From NCBI RefSeq assembly GCF_009914755.1, contig NC_060943.1: 64,000 bases of DNA, one strand, 5' to 3'. Positions within the stretch are counted from its first letter, which is position 1, and each line of letters opens with the position of its first letter. The notes beneath the pieces were generated by a model that did not search any database, had not been told where the DNA came from, and saw only the letters and a program-made list of their open reading frames with translations. The translations under genes and the position numbers were made by a program. This DNA comes from the human T2T-CHM13v2.0 reference genome, Homo sapiens. This document shows positions 27,561 through 41,413 of the stretch, piece by piece.

Positions 27561-27835
27561 GAAATGTGGCTTCAAATGTGAAGTATCTCCAAGCCACACG
27601 GAGCGCCACGCAACCAACAAAAAGCCACTCTTTGGGCATCAGACAAAAACAGTGCATGGAGCACCCTCCATCTCAGGAGCAGCTGAGAGGAGCAGCAGAG
27701 GGTTTTCAAACAGCCCCAGAGCTCTGCTGAGATGTGTCACCTGACAACCCTATAAGTACCAAAAGTTTCATCCCAGCTTTAGCCCCATTAATTTGCAGTG
27801 GGAAACGCAGAAACCATCAATTGAGAGACCTTCTA

Positions 27836-28055
27836 CAGGGGTGTCCAATCTTTTGGCTTCCTGGGCCACACTGGAAGAAGAAAAATTGTCTTGGGCCATA
27901 CATAAAATACACTAACACTAATGATAGCTGATGAGCTAAAAAATAAAAATTAAAAAAATCACAAAACAATCTCATAATGTTTTAAGAAACTTTACAGATT
28001 TATGCTGGGCCGCATGTGGCCATGTGGCCTACAGGCCTCGAGCTGGACAAGCTTG
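27836..28055 (+). mobile_element. MER30 (hAT-Charlie) DNA transposon
   Basis: caggggtgtccaatcttttggcttcc..ataaaatacactaacact..ggacaagcttg. Confidence 0.9.
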
Positions 28056-28334
28056 CTCTAGATGTTGGTTGTTCATTGGAAACACTGAGTCTTGCTGTTT
28101 TCTCTGTACTCTGAATAATATGGCTAACCCTGGAGGTAGAGATTCACACTCCAAGGCCTCCACATGCCCTTCTGTGGAAGGGGCTCAGGCAGTTGAACCT
28201 GGGTATACCCTGGGCAGTGACCCACACATCCTGTTACATCTTCCTCAAGAGGCCATTCACATGCCACCTCCTCGCAGACCACACATGCTCCCCTATGCAG
28301 ACTCATCACTGTCTCATTAAGGTGGTAGAGGCCC

Positions 28335-28570
28335 TCGGCATAGCATGGAGGCTATCAGGCCAGGTCCTAACCTAGACAGCCAGGAACAAATCTTTGGTCC
28401 AAAGCTAGATGGCTACATGATCTTGGGCAGGTGACTTAATATCCCTGTGTCACTGGGTCCTGATCCATAAGAGGGAGAGGATGGCAAGGGCTGAAGTGCA
28501 GATCTGCCAAGGCAGCACCCATGATGCCCTCCTCCCAGGGGTTGGCACATGGGTGGTGTTCAGGTAATGT
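28335..28570 (+). mobile_element. MIR
   Basis: tgatcttgggcaggtgacttaat core. Confidence 0.55.
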
Positions 28571-29025
28571 CAGTTTCAACTCTTGCTACTGAGGGCAGAT
28601 TCGACCTCGCATACCGGCTGCTCCAAAACATGTCACTAACGCTCCACTGGTATTTTCTAAAAGTCAGTCTTTCTTAGGCCAGTTATAGACAGGATTGTTT
28701 TCCAAGTAGCCTCCTGCCCTTTGGGATTGAAATTCATTATAAACCTGGCAGACACTCACCTGCTCAGTCCATGCTGGGGAAAAGAATCTTAGCAGAAGTT
28801 TCCTAATTAAAGCTACCAGAGTCAGATAAAGCCAGGAAAATGGTTACAGGTTAAACTATGGGATTAAACAGTGAAGAGTGCCAGAGCGGAGGAAGAACTA
28901 CAAAGAAACTGCAATGATGCTTCTTCCAATGTGTTGTCCAGGATGTCCAGTGAATGTCCTCCACCTCTGAGCCATATGGCCAAAGTTACGTGGCTGAGTA
29001 GGGCTCATGGACGTGTTTCATCTGA

Positions 29026-29436
<411 letters not shown>

Positions 29437-29619
29437 ACAAGGGAGCATTTCTATAGAATTTAAGTGGCATCTTCTAGAGTTGTGAGGCACTGCCTGGTAT
29501 TAACACCATTTATAAACTAGTAACCAACATCTAAAATTAGGAAATGCAACAGGAAAACACACTGTCTTATGAAAACAAAAATCCCAGGATTTTTGTAGGC
29601 CTACCTCCTACTTCTATGA

Positions 29620-29930
29620 GAAGTGGGAAGGACATTCTAACTACCTGGCCGGTACACGTGGATATTATGAAAGTCATGGGAACCATGAGGAACTCCTCGG
29701 ACTGGATCCTGGGACAGAAAAGGGGCATGAGTGGGAAAACGGGTGAAATCTGGAGTTCAGTAATAATAATAATAGAACAATGTTGTTTCTTAGTTTTGAC
29801 AAATGTACCCTGGGAATAGAAGTTTCTAATGTTAGGGGAACTCAGTGAGAGGTACATTGGAACATTCTGTATTCTCTTTGCAACTTCTCTGTAAATCTAA
29901 AATTACTTCAAAATAAAACATTTATTTTTT
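29620..29930 (+). mobile_element. L1MC/L1MD 3' end
   Basis: ctggatcctgggacagaaaagg..ttgcaacttctctgtaaatctaaaattacttcaaaataaaa. Confidence 0.8.
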
Positions 29931-30483
29931 TAAGAAAGTGAGAAGTTCTAAACCGAAAGGAATGTGTGCTTTTGAGACATGCTTCACTTCACTCAACGCT
30001 TTTGGTGCCTGGAGCCTGGAGGCATTTGAATTTAGGACTTCTCTCTCTCCCCGTGAAAGATTATCTGCAAACACCCCAAGTGATATTATATCCATATTTT
30101 CTTCCATGGGGATCTCTGACCATCACGATCAAGCCGACTCCCTTGCCTTGATTTGGGGTCTATGTGATGGGAGGGAAAAAGGTTCAAGTCAGGGAACGTC
30201 CTGTTTTCTGGGGCTACTATTTCCCACACCCACCACTGAGCAGAAGGAAGGACATTGAGCACTACACCTGATCAGTGGAGTGTCTTTGACCCTCTGACAG
30301 CTCTTGCATCGACCACAGCTGCTTGCAGGGCTGTTCTCAGTGGCAGTCCCCATAGCCACCAGGCTGCACAGCCCCAGCTGAGCAAGGCTCTTCTACCTGC
30401 ACCTGCCTGGGAGCAGAGCTGCTAGGACCCCTGGAGAAAGGCAGGGGGCAGGCAGCTGGTGGAGGGCAGAGAGAGATGTTGTT

Positions 30484-30638
30484 GATGGTTTTCCAATTCT
30501 CATCTGGAGGTCTTGTTAAAACCTCACCCCCAGAGTCTCTCACTCAGTTGGTTCGGGGTGAAACCCAGGAATTTGCATTTCTTACACTTTCCAAGTGATG
30601 CTGAGCCACTGTCCTGGGGTGGCACTTGCAGAACCACT
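30484..30638. mobile_element. MER5A-like hAT element
   Basis: cccaggaatttgcatttct..aagtgatgctg..agaaccactg. Confidence 0.75.
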
Positions 30639-30799
30639 GCTGTACACAATTGAATCCTTGCCTAATGTATGGATATCTTGTTCTTATTGTTTCCAGGGAA
30701 TGCCTCAGTACAGCAAAAGCTGTCAAGGCATGCTGAGGTCTCCACGAAGGGAGTGGTTTGGCCTGTTCCAATGGGTAGTAGTACTGCCTTGCCACACAG

Positions 30800-30990
30800 G
30801 CAGTCCAGTGGTTAAGGGGACCAGATTAGGAGCCACCCAGCCCCTAGTTTGAATCCTGACATCACTGCTCACTAGCTGTGAGACCCTTCATCACTGTGAG
30901 ACCCTTCATCACTGTGAGACCCTTCATTGCTGTGAGTTGCGTACCCTCTCTGGGGCTTGTTCTCCTCATGTGCAGATTGTACATAATAAA
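30800..30990 (+). mobile_element. MIR carrying an internal 18-bp tandem repeat
   Basis: cagtggttaag..tttgaatcctgac..actagctgtg..tctcctcatgtg. Confidence 0.55.
30876..30936. repeat. Minisatellite (ctgtgagacccttcatca) x ~3.4
   Basis: Units start at 30876, 30894 and 30912, with a partial unit at 30930. Confidence 0.95.
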
Positions 30991-32515
30991 TCTGTCTCTG
31001 CAGGGTAGTCAGCCTACATGCTGAGAGCACCTTGGCCGGATCTTCACTCAGGACCATTCCTCTGGACTGCAGATTCCTATGCCACTTCTTACCAAAGTAA
31101 CAAGCATTGCACACTTGAATCTGTAAAGCTTAATTCCTACCACTTTCCTCCTCCACACCTTCTTCTTCCACAGTCTTTCTCATCCCTCAGTCTTCCTTAT
31201 CTCAGTTACAGGCAATTCATCCATCTGGTTGCTCAGCTCAAAATTACTGAGATCCTTCCACCAGCCAGTCTAAACCCTATGGTCTCAACACGCAATGTCC
31301 TAACCATCTCTCTACCTACAGAGCCTCTCAAGCTTCCAGCTCCAGTTGCACTGGACACCCTCACAGCCCTTCTGCAGAGCTGGGAATGGCCAAATCCTGC
31401 AGGCCCACTCATGTCCCTGCAAGAATCCTGATGTTGGGAGAGAAAGCATGCATGTTCCCTCCTTTGCTGCTCCCCAAACGAAAGGCCACCTGCAGCCTTA
31501 TATTTGCAAGAAACTCATGCTGAGCATCTGAGCCTAGGAAGACACAGAGTCCTGTCCTCCAACAGCCAGCTCTCAGGCCTTCTCGAACCTCTCCCTTCCC
31601 TGCCAGATGTGACCTTGTACTCTGGATGCCTGTGGTTTGGCTTTCTCCTCCTCACAAACATGGATGCTGTCCTTCTAGCAGAGGGATTGATGTGTTTATG
31701 CATGTATCATACCTTCCCCTCTGAGGATGGGGGCATGCCTTGCCCAAAGCACCCAGCCAGGGCTGAGCACAGGGACTCAACTAGGAGGATTTTTGCTGAC
31801 TGATAAGTCCCCACTGGACAGGTCTGAGGGTTCTCCCCAAACCATGCACTCTGGCAGTGGGCTAGTCTGACCACCTCCCCCGCCGTGTGTGTGAGACCCG
31901 CTGGTGGGCACTGTACACAGCATGGACGTGGAAGACAAGCCTGGAAGTGATGACTCTGCTGGAGTGAGCAGCACCACAACACAGAGCAGATCGCTGGAGG
32001 GAAAGATCACCTGGGGCGGCACTCCAGGGTGGAGTCAGGTGAGGGGCTAGAATTTCAGCAGCTCTTGGGGGAGGGGAGGGCATCATCAGACACAGATGGT
32101 AATGGGGGAAAGAGGAAGAGAAGGGGGAAAGGGGTGGGAGAGAGAGATCCACATAAGGAAGGCAGGAGGGCAGGAAAGGGCAGTGGTATGTTCATGGAGT
32201 GGATTTCCATCCTGTGTGACTGCAGCTCAGGACAAGCTGGGCACTGGGGACAGTGATGGTGGCAGGAGTGGGAGCTACAAGTCAGAAGTTCCCTGGCTTC
32301 CTCCCTAGGAGGACATGGAGTTTTGGAGGCACACAGACAGCCCCGGAAGGCAAAAGTGTTCATCAAGCAACCTCTGACTCAAGGATATCCCTGGACCACA
32401 CCCCTGGGAGTGAGTACACCAGGGAGTCACATTAATCCCATAAACCCTGTTGTTGTCCTGTGACTGGCACCATTCATGCATGGCAGTTTTATACATTAAA
32501 AATGTCCATGTTTTG

Positions 32516-32866
<351 letters not shown>

Positions 32867-32969
32867 TCAGTATTTTGATAGTCTCCTGTTTTAAAATGAT
32901 TATTACTGTTTAAACTTACATGAAGCCTCTGATCCTAACCCAGTAGATGGTCACCTCTAGCCAGAGCCC

Positions 32970-33130
32970 AAATGCTCATGTTTGAAGCTCGGGTTTGCCC
33001 TTACCTGTGGATGCTGGATGCCTTCTGTACCTCATTGTCCTCATCTGTAAAGTGGGGATAATAATAATAATAGTGTCCACCTCACAGGGGTTCACAGAAG
33101 TTCAATGAATCAATAAGCATAAATTGCTGC
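32970..33130 (+). mobile_element. MIR
   Basis: cctcatctgtaaagtggggataata..acctcacaggg. Confidence 0.7.
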
Positions 33131-34501
33131 CCATAGACCCGGGTACATGGCAAACACGCATGAATGTTAAGGAGGAACCCCCAGCAGGAGAAGGCCGTGG
33201 GAAACAACTCCAGAAACAGTGGGCAGAGGTGGGGGGATGTGCATGTAACGGAGCGCCTCAGGAGTCTCCAAGCAGGAGCAACCACATGGGGACTGTATCT
33301 CATGGGGGCTGCATCGCTGGAGGGTCAAATTAGGTCACAGAGGGCCCAGGGGCTGGCTCTGAAGCTCCAGCCATATCACACACTTGAGCTGCACCCTGGG
33401 GCTAATGGCAGAGCTGTCGATGGGAAGCTGGTAAGGCAGGGGACCCCAGGAATCAGCCCACGACCTGCCATGTTGGTCCCAGTACACCTCCCAGCTCTCC
33501 ACAGCTCCCCCCAGCAGGGCTTCAGGTTTCTACCCACAGACCTGGCTTTGATGGAGCCTGCATTTTGTTTTGTTTCAGAAATACTATAGTAAAATGAGTG
33601 TATCTTTCTGGTTATTAATTTTCTGATTTTTTTCTATTTTGCTTATTTATCTAAATGGAAGATGTTATATTTCCCAACCAGCTGCTATATGAAGTGTGAG
33701 AAACAATTGGAAATCTAGCTCAGAGTAGCTGAAACTGTATCAGTTGGAGTTGAAACAAACATCTTTTCCCCACTCAGGAAAGAAAATGAGACAAAGCAAG
33801 GAAGAGAGGAAAAAAAGAGAGAGAGAACAGTGAGAAAGAGAGGAGGTGGGAAGGGAGGGAAGAAAGGGGAAGAGGAACCCGGTTCGATTATGTTTTGTTT
33901 ATTGCTGCATTACTCAGGTGATTGCTTACTTAAGTCCGACTGCCAGGCTGAGCTTCCAATCCCAGTTCTTTCCTGTGTTCATAAGGCTCAGCTAGCAAGC
34001 AGTGTTTTGCCCCCCATAGCTTCTGTAGATCTGGCTACAGTTAAATGGTGCAGATGGAAGTGTGAATGGAGGGTGAGCCCCGAGAGCCATTTGGGGCTAA
34101 CTGAGGTGGAAGAAGATGGGGCTCAGAGCTCGGTCAGGGTCGGGTTAGGGTGGCTTGCTATTAGTGCTAAGAATGGAAATTCCTCAGAGTATTCAGAGCA
34201 GTTGGCTTTAGGCTCTGCACTGGCCACTGGCTTGTGATCCCGACTCACATCAAGGTACGGGCCAGGTTTGATCCTCCTGGACAGAGAAGAAACGAAAAAG
34301 TACTTCCCTTTTGTCCTTAAGCACCTGTTCCCACTCACCGGGTCAGGCAAATGGTGCTTTAGAAATATGCCTTATTTAATGAAACTTCTCCACCTTCATC
34401 TTTCAGATGAGAAGTCTGGGGCTCTGGTGCCCAGACAAAGAAAAACACAAGGCCATTCAAAGAACATTCTTGATGACACTAATTCCTGCTCTAAATACTG
34501 C

Positions 34502-35271
34502 TGTGATGGTAAATTTTATGTGCCAATTTGACTGGGCCCCAGGGTGCCCAGATATTTGGTCAAACATTATTCTGGGTGTGTCCACAGGGGTGTTTCTGGA
34601 TCAGATTCGCATTTAAACAGGTAGACTGAGTAAAGCAGATGACCCTCCCCGACGTGGGTGGGGCCTCATCCAATTCATTGAAGGCCAGAATTAAAAACAA
34701 AAGGCTGACGTCCCCCAAGTAAGAGAGAATGCTCCCTGCCTGCCAGCCTTCAAACTGGAATATCAGCTCTTTGTGGTTTCACAACAGCCTGCTGGCCTTC
34801 AGACTCAACCTGAGATGTTGATTCTGTAGGTTTTGGACTTGTCAGCCTCCATAATCACATGAGTCAATTCCTTATAAGAAATCTATCTGTCTGCCCAACC
34901 ATCTATCTATCTATCTATCTATCCATCCATCCATCCGTCTATCCATCCATCTAGCTATCCATCTATCTATATCCATCCATCCATCCATCCATCCATCCAT
35001 TCATCTATTAATCTATCTATCCATCCATCCATCTATCCATTCATCTATCTATCCATCGATCTATTTATCTATTTAATCTATCATCCACCTATCATCTATT
35101 TATTATCTACTTATCTATATCTAGCATTCATCTCTTGCTATCTAACTATACCTATCATCTATCTATATCTACCATCTATTTCTCTACCTATTATCTATCT
35201 GTATCTATCACTTATCTATCTACCCATTCATCTGATAGGTTCTTATTCTCTGGAGAACTCTGACTAATACA
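34502..35271 (+). mobile_element. MLT2 (MLT2C/D-like) ERVL solo LTR
   Basis: tgtgatggtaaattttatgtg..tctctggagaactctgactaataca; 5-bp TSD actgc at 34497 and 35272. Confidence 0.92.
34881..35225. repeat. Complex (TATC)n/(TCCA)n tetranucleotide array inside MLT2
   Basis: About 340 bp of degenerate ATCT/ATCC repeat. Confidence 0.95.
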
Positions 35272-36969
35272 ACTGCTGCCCTGAAAAATCACAGCCTGAA
35301 CCTTAGTATCAGTCTGCTGCAAACTTGCCAGAAGGATTGAGAGAGGCTTAGATCCAGGCATTCTCAAAACACCATCCTCTAAACAAAGTCTTTCAAACCA
35401 GAGGACTCTCATCCATGGGAGGCCAGGTGGAGGCGTGGCACCTGGAGCCAGGAGAGAGGCACAGGATGAAGCCACAGGGCAAAAGAAGTGGGTCTTCCTA
35501 CAGTTCAGTTTGTGTGACATAATGAAGCTCAAACATTAACTTCTACATAAATCAGACATAGATAGCAATAAATAGAATTCAAATTTTGCATGACTTAAAA
35601 ATCAATCACGAGATGATAGAGAAACTTCACAATTGCAGTAGGCTGTGGACTCTGGCTTCAAGATTTCTTTTCCCCTGCAGTGACTTGGACTAGCTGTTTG
35701 TTTCTCATTTCCTATCCATGGGGAAATACCTGACCATCAAGGGAAGAGCCCTCGGCCTTGAGGGGCTTGATGGGTTGGCTGTCTCTCCGACCACCTTTTA
35801 CATCCTGAGTCAAATTCACATGTTGGGGGACAAAAACCTGGGGCATGAACTTGACCTCCAAATTTAAAAGTCCCCTCCTCTGCCCTGCTTGTGACAAGTG
35901 GCCTGTCCCCACCCATCCCAGTGCTCAATAACCACAACTTTCCTCCAGAGAGGACATCTCAATGAAACAGATCCCGAAAGCCCATCTGGACCTTAAGGGG
36001 AGGCCCCCAGGGTTTCCTCTTCTCCTGACTTAGCCTTTCCCTGTGGAACCCCCCCATGCTTCCAGGTAGCACATAGAGCCTCCTTGCACCTCACCTGCCC
36101 CCAGCCTCTGAACACAAAGCAGAAACTCAAGCTTGTTCATCTAGGCAAAGGGAAAGGCAGCTCCCATAGTTGAACCACTCTGGTCTCAAAGGCTAAGTAT
36201 TTCACACCTTTCCTGAGGTTTTTGTTAGGTAGGGGCCATGTGCTCTGCAGGAGCCAGCACTGTGCTGCATGGACTTGGCTGGGACAATGAATTCTTCCCA
36301 GACTTCTTCAGGAGCTAGGCGGGATATCAGTCAGGAGGAAAGAAGCACCAGAGGCTGATTCACAGGCACAGGTCTCTTCATTGGCTGGAGGATGGCCCAT
36401 GGCCACCACGACATGCAGAGGCCTCTTTATTTAACCTTGCTTGTTTCACTGCACACACACATAATCACAGACACATGCGCACACACACACAAGCATACAC
36501 ATGCAAGCACAGCTCTACATCACTCCTCCAAAACTTTTCAGGGTTGCCCAAGCCCGGTTCACTGGAGAATTCCTTTCTCTGGAACTCTCCACTTGCCATA
36601 TGGAGCTATGCAAATTAAAGTGACCACATAGCTGCAGTCTCTGTTCAGACCTGCATTCCCACCCCCACTTCCTCTTCCCTCCATCAAGTCTTCTTTCCTT
36701 CTGTGGCTACTGCTTTCTCTCCTACTGTCATGACAGGGATGGCCATACAGGGACAGAGAAAGAGGTTAAGACTGAATCCAGGAGACCTGGGCTCTCCTTC
36801 CAGTGCCAGCACTGATTAGGAATCACAAACCCTCCTTGCACTTGTCTCCTCACTGCCTCCGTGGACTTGACATTGGTTTTCCTGCCATCTATTTCGCTAG
36901 GAGATCAGAAGAATTAATGGGCACTTTGTCATCCATGAGCCTAAAGATTATTGGAGTTAACTGCATTCT

Positions 36970-37455
36970 CTGTGGCAAGCAACACACTGGCTCCTTGCCG
37001 TGTTCCTGCAGCTTTCTGGACTCAGTGCTGTCCATTGGTGACACTGAGGCACTACCCCTCTCCTCCATTCTCCCCTCTAACACAGGGACTAGAAACCTGG
37101 AAACTACATTTTCTGGAACCTCATGGAATGGACCAATGAGGGAGACAGTTGCCCAGTATTTAATGGACAGGAGCCATATCGTTTTTCCTGGGGCAGCAAT
37201 GGTAGATCCACAGGCTCTGCAGGATGAACTTGATTTACAGCCTGCAAAGTTCCCAGCTATGTGCTACAGGCAACTGTAGTCATTGCTGGTGGCTTGCAGC
37301 AAAGTCTGGAGTCTCTGAAATCCAGTGGCATATCTGAGAACTTCAGCCAGTTCCTTGACCTTCACTCCTCCAAACTTTCAAATGGTTTTGGAAGCATTAC
37401 ATTGTCTACGCGAAATCCCTTTCTACTTGAGATATTCACAATGAGTTCTGGGCAT
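36970..37455. mobile_element. LTR33-like ERVL LTR
   Basis: tgctgtccattg..ggactagaaacctggaaactacattttc..aaatccctttctacttga. Confidence 0.5.
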
Positions 37456-38329
37456 GTCCTGTGCTTGTGTATGTACATTTGTGTTTTCCTCTCTGATACA
37501 CTTAGTCCTGAAAAAAATACCAAGCATCACTTGTGTATTTAACTCAACGTCTGAAATGTTGGCTTACATGGAAATATCCGATAACATTGGCATAAAACAA
37601 GGTATGGCTGTCAATTGAGGACTCTTAGCTCTGTGAGGGAATGACAAGGTTAGTCGGAGAAGGCCTCAGTATTTTCAATCACAAGCTTTCCGAAACATGT
37701 TTCAGTGCTGTCCCGTTTCACACATTATATTACATTGTCCTTGGAAAATAAATCTCTTTTATTTTTGTATAAATTAAATTCCTCTGTAATCAGTTCCAAG
37801 TAACTAGCTAAACCATTGGTTGTCCTATAACTTTGTAGTGTTAAATATCGCTGACAAACACATTTAACCCTCAGAGAGTCTGAGAGCTTGTGTTAAAGGG
37901 ATCATTTAATCTGACCGTAGCCACAATAAGGGGTTTGAGTTGGTTTCCTCGTGGCCTCCCAGACGGTGCTGGGACTGCATCAAGGCTGGTACCCAGTGCC
38001 CTCCAGAATATTCTGTTCCACCTGCTCTCTGGCCTTGAGGCTAAATGAGCCATTTTTCTGTTTTCAACAGACTTGATTTTGTCCCCTTCTTTTAACTGAT
38101 GGCCACAGTGCTTTTCTTTAAAAACAGAGGGGGATTCTCTCTTTGAGATCATCAGGAACTAGCCAAGCTGTTTGAATGCAGAGAAATGAGGACCAAAGGG
38201 AAAACAGCTTAATGCCACAGAGAGGTATCTGGGCACTGAAGTGTGCCAAGCACACTGTGTGAAGATGCTGGGCACCCAGCAGTGAGCAAGAGCTTGGTTT
38301 GCACTGGAGACACTGGGGACTCCAAAGTG

Positions 38330-38500
38330 GAGGAGGAGAGACAGGGGCAAGAATTGAAAAGCTTCCTATCAGGTACTATGTTCAGTATTTGGGTGATGGG
38401 TTCAATAGAAACTCAAACTTCAGCATCATGTAATATATTGTGGAACAAACCTGCACATGGACCCCTGAATCTAAAATACAAAATAAGTAAATCAATAAAA
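38330..38500 (+). mobile_element. L1PB (L1PB4-like) 3' end
   Basis: cctatcaggtactatgttcagtatttgggtgatggg..acaaacctgcacatg..cctgaatctaaaata. Confidence 0.85.
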
Positions 38501-39439
38501 GTTTAAAAAATCCTTTCACTTCTGCCATGCACCACATCACATTCACAGGTCTCACCCACACCAAGGAAGGGGGTCAGGCTGGGCGTGTACACCAGGGAGC
38601 AGGAATGTTGGGAACCACATAACGCATTGTCCTGATGGAACTTCCATTTCAACCAGGGAGATACACTCTGCATGTAACTGGAAGGGCGGCAGGCAGGCAC
38701 AGAACAGCGGGCACTGTGGGAGGGCATCTGGCTCCATCCCCATAGCAGTAGGGCCTGGCCCAGTGCAGGGCCCCCATCGCCTGCCTCCCTAAAGTGCAGC
38801 TCAGCCTCTTCTCTGCTCACAGAGGCACCTCACACATTTGTGACAACTGGCACTGGCTTATTCATCATCTCAGATAGCAACTCTCTGTTTTCTCAGACAC
38901 CCACTTTAATACCCTGACATTTCTGTTCAGCCCATAACATTCTGTCAATTGTTTACGTCTCGCTCTTGCACCAATCGCCTTTTCTGCCGTGCTCTCGGCC
39001 CTCCCCGGCCCTGGTACGTGCTGCTTAGCAAAAGGCTGGGTGTCACCCTCTCGCCGTCCACACCACTGGATTTCCAAAGAAGTGTGCTGCATCCCAAGCC
39101 GCCAATCATCTCCCAAGGCACTCACAGGATGCTCCTGTCTCACGGTAGATGCTGCCTACAGAAAGGCAGTTTGTTGGGCTCTGTTCACCCACAGGAGCCT
39201 AAGCAGGGACTCCCTTTCTGCCCCTCTCCAGTTCATAACCAAAAGGCCTGTTGCCAGAACCTGCAAGAGGGCAGAATTGCACTCCTTTCCATCTACCCCA
39301 TGTCTGGCCCATCAATAGGACCTGCTGTCCATCATCTGGCCACCCATCCTGGCTCCCCTCCCTCAGTCTGGACCCCACCCTACCCCATTCACTCCTGCAG
39401 GCACTCAGCCTTTATCCAGACCACACACGGCATAGTCGT

Positions 39440-40095
39440 CTTAAAACATAGTGTGCACCACTGCCCTGGGGACACCCTGTAAGGGGCTTCCCACTGCCCT
39501 AAGGATGCAATCCAAACTTCCCTCCATGGTCTACAAGGCCAGCGTTATCTACCCACTGCTCCCCTCCCCTCCCTGACCATCTCAACCCCTCACACATGCC
39601 AGGTCAGGCCACTCTCCTAAGTGAAGGAATGCAGGTTGTATTTCAGTTCCTCTGCCTCCTTTCCATGTCAGGGTTGGGGCATGTGCCATTCCCCTCACAT
39701 GGACTGCTCCCTCCCACCCCTATGGGAAAAGGAGAAATTCTGTAATTAGTGGTGTTGGGACAAATGAACAAGCATTTGGGGGAAAAAAACAATAAAAACA
39801 ATGTTTGGTTCCTACATGGCTCCTACCTGTCCTGCAGGCTTTGACTTAAACATTAGTTTCTGGAATAGAAATATCCCATATTGATTCTTTGCCTCACATA
39901 CTTGTTAGAATTTTCAAGCATTGGATGAATTTGTCTGTTTACCTTTTCTTCCTGTCTGCATGACAACCTGCAAGTCTCAGCAAGGCAAAAACTAGGCCTT
40001 GTTGCTCACCATTGAATCCCTAAGCAACGCATTGCCTAACGTAGGGCACAAGCTCAATAAACATCTGTGGGATGCAGGAATTAATGAATCAATAA
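39440..40095 (+). mobile_element. L2 fragments, with a short L1-like piece at ~39720-39810
   Basis: atccaaacttcc..catggtctacaaggcc; gggcacaagctcaataaacatctg..aatgaat. Confidence 0.6.
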
Positions 40096-40099
40096 ACAC

Positions 40100-40940
40100 T
40101 AACTCTGCAGTATGGACAATGGGAGCCCACTCTATGGTTCAAAATGTGAAAGGGCAGGGGAAAGGATCTTGTCATACCCTATATTAGAAGGCATTCTGAG
40201 GCATAATAATTAAAACAATGTGGCATTTCTAAGAAAGAGTGAATACAAGGCCAGGCGCAGTAGCTCATGCCTGTAATCCCAGCAATTTGGGAGGCCGCGG
40301 AGAGCAGACCACCTGAGGTCAAGAGTTCGAGACCAGCCTGACCAACATGGTGAAATCCTGTCTCTACAAAAATAAAAAAAGTTGTCATATTAGGGTGTGG
40401 TGGCACACACCTGTAGTCCCAGCTACTCAGGAGGCCAAGGCATGAGAATTGCTTGAACCTGGGAAGCAGAAGTTGCAGTGAGCCTAGACTGCACCACTGC
40501 ACTCCAGCCTCAGCAACAGAGTGAGATTCCATCTCAAATAAATAAATAAATATAAAAGTAAAAAATAGAAAGTGTGAATAAAAAAATTAATCAATGGAAC
40601 AGAATAAAAAGTGAAGTAAGAAAACATATCACTCAAACATTAAAAATGTTGCTTTCCAAATCAACAGGAAAATAAATTATTCAAAAGATTGGTATGGACA
40701 ACTAGCTAACAACAAGAAGAAAAAGTGAGCTACAGTCTTGCCTCGTTACAATGAAATAAATAACTGTGAAATGACTAAACATTTGAATGGAAAAATTAAA
40801 CCATTGCACTATAATATAAAATTTCTTTTAATTACAGTGTAATCTTGGAATGAAGAAATCCTAAGTATAAAACTAAAGGCAGAGCCATAGAGAAAACTTT
40901 GATCTCTTCAACGAGGTAAAAATGAAAAACTCAAACTTAA
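40100..40940 (+). mobile_element. Old L1M ORF2 fragment, interrupted by an Alu
   Basis: aataattaaaacaatgtgg..aatcaatggaacagaata..ggacaactag. Confidence 0.65.
40249..40566 (+). mobile_element. AluS
   Basis: Full dimer; TSD agaaag(a/t)gtgaata at 40232 and 40567. Confidence 0.95.
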
Positions 40941-41070
40941 AAACTGTTGTTGTGGTAGCAGGATTTTCAGCCATGGTGGAGAGAAGAGATCAGCAACCCT
41001 TCTCCCCATAAAACAAGTAAAAATTGGACAAAACTATCAAAAACAAACACTAAGAGCTCTGGAAATTGAC

Positions 41071-41413
41071 TGTCTCTGTCCATTGGGCTGCTATAACAAA
41101 GTAACACAGACTAAGTGGCTTACAAACAACCTAAATTTATATCAGTTCTGGAGGCTGGGAATCTGGGATTGGGGTGCCAGCAAGGTCGAGTTCTGGTAAG
41201 GGCTCTTTTCCAGGGTGTAGACTGCCAACTTCTCTTTGTGACCTCACGTGGCAGAAAGAGAGTCAGAGAGCTTTCTGGGCTCTATATATAAGGGCTCTAA
41301 TCCCATTCATGAGGGCTCCACCCCTCCCAAAGTCTCCATCTCCAAATACCATCACAATGGGATTAGGGTTTGAACATATAAATTTTGGGGAGACACAAAC
41401 TTTTTCCATAACA
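41071..41413 (-). mobile_element. MLT1A-type MaLR LTR
   Basis: gggctgctataacaaa..cagttctggaggctgggaa..aatcccattcatgaggg; TSD ttgac at 41066 and 41414. Confidence 0.92.

Noticed and set aside
30876-30936. CRISPR-like repeat array
   Set aside because: Head-to-tail units without spacers, in eukaryotic DNA
36803-37279. 158-aa ORF
   Set aside because: Overlaps the LTR33-like fossil; non-ATG start; no homology recognised
38949-39482. 177-aa ORF, the longest in the window
   Set aside because: Non-ATG start, composition typical of chance GC-rich ORFs, runs into L2 sequence
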